A DNA stretch of 26,737 nt from IMG/VR virus record IMGVR_UViG_2703718837_000009. One strand, written 5' to 3'. The notes under the pieces are model-generated. The model saw nothing but the letters and a program-made list of their open reading frames with translations, searched no databases and had not been told where the DNA came from. Positions 19,582 through 26,737 of this stretch are shown here, piece after piece; within the stretch, counting starts at the first letter, position 1; the number at the start of each line of letters is the position of its first letter. The position numbers were made by a program, and so were the translations under genes. This DNA is from a virus. Its lineage: Duplodnaviria; Heunggongvirae; Uroviricota; Caudoviricetes.

Positions 19582-20066
19582 CGATTAAAACGTCTACTCC
19601 TGCTGTTCCAGAATAACTTCATAAAATGGGAGTATTTTTCGGTGACGAGATAATAAGAACAGTTTGCGCTATCACTCTGATGTTGAATGATGCCCTTCCG
19701 TTCTAATTTTTTCATAACCGGGTTACGGCAAGGAGAAGTGATAATAAGATTTCCTGTTTTAAGGAAATCTTTAAATACAGCGATTTCTTTCTCAGATAAA
19801 CGAAGCAATACTCGTTGCTCTGGTAGTAATGAATAATGCTTTTGAATATGTGCTCGCAATCTTGAGAAGGAAATGGCGACCACGAAAGAAAAGGCAAAAA
19901 CGATAATCTGAAAGAGCCAAGGTATTTCAGTATAAGCATTGAATGCGACAGTAAACTCTTTCGGTATCAGCCAGAGAGTGAGACCAAAAATGATAATCGT
20001 ATACATAAGTCTTTCGAGTGGCTCGTTAGCAAAAAGTTTCAACAATGGAGTAAATACATCCAACAT
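19578..20066 (-). CDS. sieB: Superinfection exclusion protein B
   Basis: 162 aa from the internal ATG at 20066 (MLDVFTPLLKLF...); hydrophobic N-terminal half; the track ORF extends 41 codons upstream. Confidence 0.8.
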   Translation of the reverse strand: MLDVFTPLLKLFANEPLERLMYTIIIFGLTLWLIPKEFTVAFNAYTEIPWLFQIIVFAFSFVVAISFSRLRAHIQKHYSLLPEQRVLLRLSEKEIAVFKDFLKTGNLIITSPCRNPVMKKLERKGIIQHQSDSANCSYYLVTEKYSHFMKLFWNSRSRRFNR

Positions 20067-20507
20067 ATCAATAACTCTCAACTGTAAGGGTATTGAAATG
20101 TTAACACAAGCTCTCGCTGTAGGGGTATAGCCGAGACCACCGAAGCCCGGAGGTGGTGAAATAAAACCGGGCACAACACGAAGGCGCATTTCCGATATCC
20201 ATAAAGAGTCGGTCTTGTCTGTTAAATTTAAATGGTGGGAGTGCGCCTCCGGTTGTAAATAACGACATTGCTGTGTGTAGTCCTGGCGGCATCAGTTTTT
20301 TTCTTGAAGTTCGGCTGATGTCCGCCCTTTTTAAAGTGAATTTTGTGATGCGGTGAATGCGGCTAAGCGCACGTGGCACAGTTAAAAGTCATGTTAGTCC
20401 TTATTGGTTTGGGTGGGAAAGCCGACTGTAATTGTTAACTGGTTGCAGTCACCTGGAGGCACCAGACACCGCATCAACAAAGTTCATTTGTAAAAATGGA
20501 GATAATT

Positions 20508-20729
20508 ATGATTGCACATCACTTCGGAACTGATGAAATACCACGTCAGTGTGTGACTCCTGGCGATTATGTTCTTCATGAAGGCCGGACATATATTGCC
20601 TCGGCAAACAATATTAAAAAGCGAAAACTATATATTCGTAACCTGACCACAAAAACATTCATTACTGACCGCATGATTAAAGTCTTCCTCGGTCGTGATG
20701 GTTTACCTGTAAAGGCGGAGTCATGGTGA
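20508..20729 (+). CDS. kilR: Cell division inhibitor KilR
   Basis: 73 aa from [14 protein letters not shown]; SD GGAG upstream. Confidence 0.85.
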
Positions 20730-20899
20730 TGACTAAGAAAATAAAATGTGCTTACCACCTTTGCAAAAAAGACGTTGAAGAAAGCAAAGCTATTGAAAGA
20801 ATGCTTCACTTCATGCACGGGATTTTATCAAAAGACGAACCGAGAAAATATTGCAGTGAAGCTTGTGCCGAAAAAGACCAGATGGCACATGAACTTTAA
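20729..20899 (+). CDS. ydaE: Small Cys-rich protein YdaE
   Basis: 56-aa ORF ([14 protein letters not shown]...CSEAC...) overlapping the kilR stop; alternative in-frame starts at 20723/20726. Confidence 0.6.
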   Translation: MTKKIKCAYHLCKKDVEESKAIERMLHFMHGILSKDEPRKYCSEACAEKDQMAHEL

Positions 20900-20973
20900 T
20901 TAATTGACTATTCGAAACTGAATTTATGCCAGAAATGGCAGGTATTCGCTCAACCTTAATTAAGGAGAAAAAC

Positions 20974-21249
20974 ATGATTACCAATTATGAAGCCACTGTT
21001 GTAACTACCGATGACATTGTTCACGAGGTGAATCTGGAAGGAAAGCGCATTGGCTACGTAATTAAAACAGAAAATAAAGAAACCCCATTCACTGTGGTTG
21101 ATATCGATGGTCCATCAGGCAACGTAAAAACACTTGATGAAGGTGTCAAAAAAATGTGCCTGGTGCATATCGGAAAGAATCTGCCCGCAGAAAAAAAAGC
21201 CGAATTTCTGGCAACTCTAATTGCAATGAAATTAAAAGGTGAAATCTGA
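20974..21249 (+). CDS. racC: RacC protein
   Basis: 91 aa from MITNYEATVV with SD AAGGAGA; the track ORF is extended 16 codons upstream. Confidence 0.8.
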   Translation: MITNYEATVVTTDDIVHEVNLEGKRIGYVIKTENKETPFTVVDIDGPSGNVKTLDEGVKKMCLVHIGKNLPAEKKAEFLATLIAMKLKGEI

Positions 21250-21350
21250 AAGAAATAGCCTGCGTATGGCGCAGGCTATGAACAGTGTGTATCCGGCAAG
21301 ATCATTCACTGAACAAAACGAATTTTAATCTGAGTTGAGGTTAAAAAACA

Positions 21351-23951
21351 ATGAGCACAAAACCACTCTTCCTGTTACGGAAAGCGAAAAAATCATCCGG
21401 TGAACCTGACGTCGTCCTGTGGGCAAGCAACGATTTTGAATCGACCTGTGCCACTCTGGACTACCTGATCGTTAAGTCAGGTAAAAAACTGAGCAGCTAT
21501 TTTAAAGCTGTTGCCACGAATTTTCCTGTCGTTAATGACCTGCCCGCTGAAGGTGAGATCGATTTTACCTGGAGTGAACGCTATCAACTCAGCAAAGACT
21601 CCATGACATGGGAACTAAAACCGGGAGCAGCACCAGACAACGCTCACTATCAAGGCAATACCAACGTCAACGGCGAAGACATGACTGAGATTGAGGAGAA
21701 TATGCTACTCCCAATTTCTGGCCAGGAACTGCCCATTCGTTGGCTTGCTCAACACGGCAGCGAAAAACCGGTAACGCACGTTTCACGCGACGGACTCCAG
21801 GCATTACACATTGCTCGGGCTGAAGAACTACCGGCTGTTACTGCCCTGGCTGTTTCCCACAAAACCAGCCTGCTCGACCCGCTGGAAATTCGCGAACTCC
21901 ACAAACTGGTTCGTGACACTGACAAAGTTTTCCCTAATCCTGGTAATTCAAACCTGGGACTGATAACTGCTTTTTTCGAAGCATACCTGAACGCTGACTA
22001 CACCGATCGAGGACTGCTGACAAAAGAGTGGATGAAGGGTAATCGTGTTTCACACATCACTCGCACGGCTTCCGGTGCTAATGCTGGCGGCGGAAACCTC
22101 ACCGATCGCGGCGAAGGTTTCGTACACGATCTGACGTCACTGGCGCGCGACGTAGCCACTGGCGTACTGGCCCGTTCAATGGATCTGGACATCTATAACC
22201 TTCATCCGGCACACGCTAAACGCATTGAGGAAATTATCGCTGAAAATAAACCACCCTTTTCTGTTTTCCGCGACAAATTCATCACCATGCCTGGCGGGCT
22301 GGATTATTCCCGCGCCATCGTGGTTGCGTCCGTAAAAGAAGCACCAATTGGGATCGAGGTCATCCCCGCGCACGTCACTGAATATCTGAACAAAGTACTG
22401 ACTGAAACCGATCATGCCAACCCTGATCCGGAAATCGTGGATATTGCCTGCGGTCGCTCCTCTGCCCCGATGCCGCAGCGAGTAACAGAAGAAGGAAAAC
22501 AGGATGATGAAGAAAAACCGCAACCATCTGGAACAACGGCAGTTGAACAGGGAGAGGCTGAAACAATGGAACCGGACGCAACTGAACATCATCAGGACAC
22601 GCAGCCGCTGGATGCTCAGTCACAGGTAAATTCTGTTGATGCGAAATATCAGGAACTGCGGGCAGAACTCCATGAAGCCCGGAAAAACATTCCATCAAAA
22701 AATCCTGTCGATGACGATAAATTGCTTGCTGCATCACGTGGTGAATTTGTTGACGGAATTAGCGACCCGAACGATCCGAAATGGGTAAAGGGGATCCAGA
22801 CTCGCGATTGTGTGTACCAGAACCAGCCAGAAACGGAAAAAACCAGCCCAGATATGAATCAACCTGAGCCAGTAGTGCAACAGGAACCGGAAATAGCCTG
22901 CAATGCCTGCGGCCAGACTGGCGGGGATAACTGCCCTGACTGTGGTGCGGTGATGGGCGACGCAACATACCAGGAAACATTCGATGAAGAGAGTCAGGTT
23001 GAAGCTAAGGAAAATGATCCGGAGGAAATGGAAGGCGCTGAACATCCGCACAATGAGAATGCTGGCAGCGATCCGCATCGCGATTGCAGTGATGAAACTG
23101 GCGAAGTCGCAGATCCCGTAATCGTAGAAGACATAGAGCCAGGTATTTATTACGGAATTTCGAATGAGAATTACCACGCGGGTCCCGGTATCAGTAAGTC
23201 TCAGCTCGATGACATTGCTGATACTCCGGCACTATATTTGTGGCGTAAAAATGCCCCCGTGGACACCACAAAGACAAAAACGCTCGATTTAGGAACTGCT
23301 TTCCACTGCCGGGTACTTGAACCGGAAGAATTCAGTAACCGCTTTATCGTAGCACCTGAATTTAACCGCCGTACAAACGCCGGAAAAGAAGAAGAGAAAG
23401 CGTTTCTGATGGAATGCGCAAGCACAGGAAAAACGGTTATCACTGCGGAAGAAGGCCGGAAAATTGAACTCATGTATCAAAGCGTTATGGCTTTGCCGCT
23501 GGGGCAATGGCTTGTTGAAAGCGCCGGACACGCTGAATCATCAATTTACTGGGAAGATCCTGAAACAGGAATTTTGTGTCGGTGCCGTCCGGACAAAATT
23601 ATCCCTGAATTTCACTGGATCATGGACGTGAAAACTACGGCGGATATTCAACGATTCAAAACCGCTTATTACGACTACCGCTATCACGTTCAGGATGCAT
23701 TCTACAGTGACGGTTATGAAGCACAGTTTGGAGTGCAGCCAACTTTCGTTTTTCTGGTTGCCAGCACAACTATTGAATGCGGACGTTATCCGGTTGAAAT
23801 TTTCATGATGGGCGAAGAAGCAAAACTGGCAGGTCAACAGGAATATCACCGCAATCTGCGAACCCTGTCTGACTGCCTGAATACCGATGAATGGCCAGCT
23901 ATTAAGACATTATCACTGCCCCGCTGGGCTAAGGAATATGCAAATGACTAA
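21351..23951 (+). CDS. recE: Exodeoxyribonuclease VIII (RecE)
   Basis: 866-aa ORF; acidic/Pro-rich central linker and C-terminal nuclease domain; stop overlaps recT start. Confidence 0.9.
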
Positions 23952-24753
23952 GCAACCACCAATCGCAAAAGCCGATCTGCAAAAAACTCAGGGAAACCGT
24001 GCACCAGCAGCAGTTAAAAATAGCGACGTGATTAGTTTTATTAACCAGCCATCAATGAAAGAGCAACTGGCAGCAGCTCTTCCACGCCATATGACGGCTG
24101 AACGTATGATCCGTATCGCCACCACAGAAATTCGTAAAGTTCCGGCGTTAGGAAACTGTGACACTATGAGTTTTGTCAGTGCGATCGTACAGTGTTCACA
24201 GCTCGGACTTGAGCCAGGTAGCGCCCTCGGTCATGCATATTTACTGCCTTTTGGTAATAAAAACGAAAAGAGCGGTAAAAAGAACGTTCAGCTAATCATT
24301 GGCTATCGCGGCATGATTGATCTGGCTCGCCGTTCTGGTCAAATCGCCAGCCTGTCAGCCCGTGTTGTCCGTGAAGGTGACGAGTTTAGCTTCGAATTTG
24401 GCCTTGATGAAAAGTTAATACACCGCCCGGGAGAAAACGAAGATGCCCCGGTTACCCACGTCTATGCTGTCGCAAGACTGAAAGACGGAGGTACTCAGTT
24501 TGAAGTTATGACGCGCAAACAGATTGAGCTGGTGCGCAGCCTGAGTAAAGCTGGTAATAACGGGCCGTGGGTAACTCACTGGGAAGAAATGGCAAAGAAA
24601 ACGGCTATTCGTCGCCTGTTCAAATATTTGCCCGTATCAATTGAGATCCAGCGTGCAGTATCAATGGATGAAAAGGAACCACTGACAATCGATCCTGCAG
24701 ATTCCTCTGTATTAACCGGGGAATACAGTGTAATCGATAATTCAGAGGAATAA
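23944..24753 (+). CDS. recT: Single-strand annealing recombinase RecT
   Basis: 269 aa from [13 protein letters not shown]. Confidence 0.9.
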
Positions 24754-24809
24754 TTCAGCCTGGCGGTGTAATGCACCGCCAACTTGAAATATTTTTTATG
24801 AGAAAAATT

Positions 24810-25004
24810 ATGAGATATGACAATGTTAAACCATGTCCATTTTGTGGTTGTCCATCAGTAACGGTGAAAGCCATTTCAGGATATTACCGAGCGAAGTGTA
24901 ACGGATGCGAATCCCGAACCGGTTATGGTGGAAGTGAAAAAGAAGCACTCGAAAGATGGAATAAACGAACCACTGGAAATAATAATGGAGGTGTTCATGT
25001 ATAA
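24810..25004 (+). CDS. ralR: Restriction alleviation protein (Lar family)
   Basis: 64 aa from MRYDNVKPCPFCGC...; Cys-rich Lar-family pattern. Confidence 0.8.
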   Translation: MRYDNVKPCPFCGCPSVTVKAISGYYRAKCNGCESRTGYGGSEKEALERWNKRTTGNNNGGVHV

Positions 25005-25206
25005 AATTACCGCCACTATTGAAAAGGAAGGTGGCACTCCTACTAACTGGACAAGATATTCAAAATCTAAACTAACGAAATCAGAATGCGAAAAAATGCT
25101 CTCAGGTAAAAAAGAAGCAGGCGTTTCCAGAGAGCAGAAAGTAAAACTGATAAATTTTAATTGCGAGAAACTTCAGTCCTCGAGAATTGCATTGTATTCA
25201 AATTAA
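24997..25206 (+). CDS. ydaC: Small Rac protein YdaC
   Basis: 69 aa from MYKITATIEKEGG; its ATG overlaps the ralR stop. Confidence 0.65.
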   Translation: MYKITATIEKEGGTPTNWTRYSKSKLTKSECEKMLSGKKEAGVSREQKVKLINFNCEKLQSSRIALYSN

Positions 25207-25284
25207 AACTTCATAGCTGATTATTAATAATCAACATCGGGCGTCAATTTCAGTCTAACATTGGCGCCTGCCAGAGGTGATGCG

Positions 25285-25500
25285 ATGGCACAAGTAATCT
25301 TTAATGAAGAGTGGATGGTTGAATACGGCCTGATGCTTCGCACTGGTCTGGGGGCCAGACAAATTGAAGCATACCGCCAGAACTGTTGGGTGGAGGGCTT
25401 CCACTTCAAACGAGTATCTCCTTTAGGTAAGCCAGACAGCAAACGAGGGATTATCTGGTACAACTATCCAAAGATAAATCAGTTTATCAAAGACTCATGA
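25285..25500 (+). CDS. xisR: Excisionase-like protein
   Basis: 71 aa from [15 protein letters not shown]; immediately upstream of the integrase. Confidence 0.7.
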   Translation: MAQVIFNEEWMVEYGLMLRTGLGARQIEAYRQNCWVEGFHFKRVSPLGKPDSKRGIIWYNYPKINQFIKDS

Positions 25501-25501
25501 T

Positions 25502-26737
25502 ATGTCTAAATTACCAACAGGTGTCGAGATTAGAGGTAGATACATTCGCATCTGGTTCATGTTTCGAGGAAAACGATGTCGGGAAACATTAAAAGGCTGG
25601 GAGATTACAAACAGTAATATTAAAAAGGCCGGAAATTTAAGAGCGCTGATAGTTCATGAAATAAACTCCGGTGAATTTGAGTATTTAAGACGTTTTCCCC
25701 AGTCCAGCACTGGGGCAAAAATGGTGACAACGAGAGTCATAAAAACGTTCGGAGAGCTTTGTGATATCTGGACAAAAATTAAAGAGACAGAGTTAACAAC
25801 AAACACAATGAAGAAAACGAAATCACAATTAAAAACACTCAGAATAATAATTTGTGAAAGTACCCCGATATCACATATTCGTTATAGCGATATCTTAAAC
25901 TACCGGAATGAACTGCTGCATGGAGAAACGCTTTACCTGGATAATCCAAGATCCAACAAAAAAGGAAGAACCGTGCGCACAGTTGATAACTATATCGCCC
26001 TGCTCTGTTCGCTGTTGCGTTTTGCGTATCAGTCGGGATTTATATCAACCAAACCATTTGAAGGAGTAAAAAAATTACAGCGAAACAGAATAAAGCCTGA
26101 TCCGTTATCTAAAACAGAATTCAATGCATTAATGGAAAGTGAAAAAGGACAGAGCCAGAACTTGTGGAAATTTGCCGTTTACTCAGGACTTCGTCACGGG
26201 GAACTGGCAGCTCTGGCGTGGGAGGATGTGGATCTCGAAAAGGGAATAGTGAATGTCAGAAGAAACCTGACGATACTTGATATGTTCGGTCCCCCAAAAA
26301 CAAATGCCGGGATCCGAACAGTAACACTACTGCAGCCTGCTCTTGAAGCACTGAAGGAGCAATACAAACTGACCGGGCATCATCGCAAAAGCGAAATCAC
26401 CTTTTATCATCGGGAGTACGGCAGAACCGAAAAGCAAAAACTGCATTTTGTTTTCATGCCCAGGGTGTGTAACGGAAAACAAAAACCTTATTACTCGGTA
26501 AGCAGTTTGGGGGCAAGGTGGAATGCAGCAGTAAAACGTGCTGGTATTCGCCGCCGTAATCCGTACCATACGCGGCATACTTTTGCCTGCTGGCTGTTGA
26601 CGGCAGGAGCGAACCCGGCATTTATAGCCAGCCAAATGGGGCATGAAACTGCGCAGATGGTGTATGAAATTTACGGTATGTGGATTGATGACATGAACGA
26701 CGAACAGATAGCCATGTTGAATGCGCGGTTATCGTAG
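25502..26737 (+). CDS. intR: Tyrosine integrase
   Basis: 411-aa ORF ending exactly at the window edge; C-terminal catalytic region with HTRHTFA...GH motifs typical of lambda-type integrases. Confidence 0.9.
   Translation: MSKLPTGVEIRGRYIRIWFMFRGKRCRETLKGWEITNSNIKKAGNLRALIVHEINSGEFEYLRRFPQSSTGAKMVTTRVIKTFGELCDIWTKIKETELTTNTMKKTKSQLKTLRIIICESTPISHIRYSDILNYRNELLHGETLYLDNPRSNKKGRTVRTVDNYIALLCSLLRFAYQSGFISTKPFEGVKKLQRNRIKPDPLSKTEFNALMESEKGQSQNLWKFAVYSGLRHGELAALAWEDVDLEKGIVNVRRNLTILDMFGPPKTNAGIRTVTLLQPALEALKEQYKLTGHHRKSEITFYHREYGRTEKQKLHFVFMPRVCNGKQKPYYSVSSLGARWNAAVKRAGIRRRNPYHTRHTFACWLLTAGANPAFIASQMGHETAQMVYEIYGMWIDDMNDEQIAMLNARLS

Noticed and set aside
21998-23849. Series of minus-strand ORFs (64-147 aa) overlapping recE
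   Set aside because: All lie antisense inside the well-supported 866-aa recE reading frame, have no ribosome-binding sites and give low-complexity Arg/Pro/Ser-rich translations typical of antisense frames in GC-rich coding DNA.

Overview
This window is a Rac-type cryptic lambdoid prophage of Escherichia coli, read in the opposite orientation to the usual K-12 map (pinR at the left, intR ending at the right edge). All calls rest on reading the supplied ORF translations and the raw sequence by eye; no searches or computations were run. Recognisable modules, left to right: a Pin invertase and tail-fibre remnants (tfaR, a Lom/tail-fibre chimera), the ynaK ParB-like gene and trkG K+ transporter, a complete lambda-like lysis cassette (holin, R transglycosylase, Rz/Rz1), a Q-like antiterminator with nin-region genes, the ydaV-ydaU-ydaT-ydaS replication/immunity genes, racR, then sieB, kilR, racC, recE, recT, ralR, xisR and intR. 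No capsid, terminase or tail-shaft genes are present, so the element is defective. The most interesting content is an AT-rich cargo island (about 9.6-14.6 kb) inserted between the replication and nin/Q modules. It carries a translationally coupled three-gene operon encoding an adenosine-deaminase-family protein, a HAM1/ITPase-family protein and a defence-type SIR2 protein, with a divergent TetR-family regulator. I consider this a candidate nucleotide-deamination/NAD+-depletion antiphage system; the domain trio matches what I recall of a recently described 'Kongming'-type architecture, but I cannot verify that here. The island also holds a YeaR-like (DUF1971) gene behind a near-perfect NsrR-type palindromic operator, and a second moron (189-aa membrane protein) sits between Q and the holin. 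No tRNA, rRNA, CRISPR array or IS element was seen.
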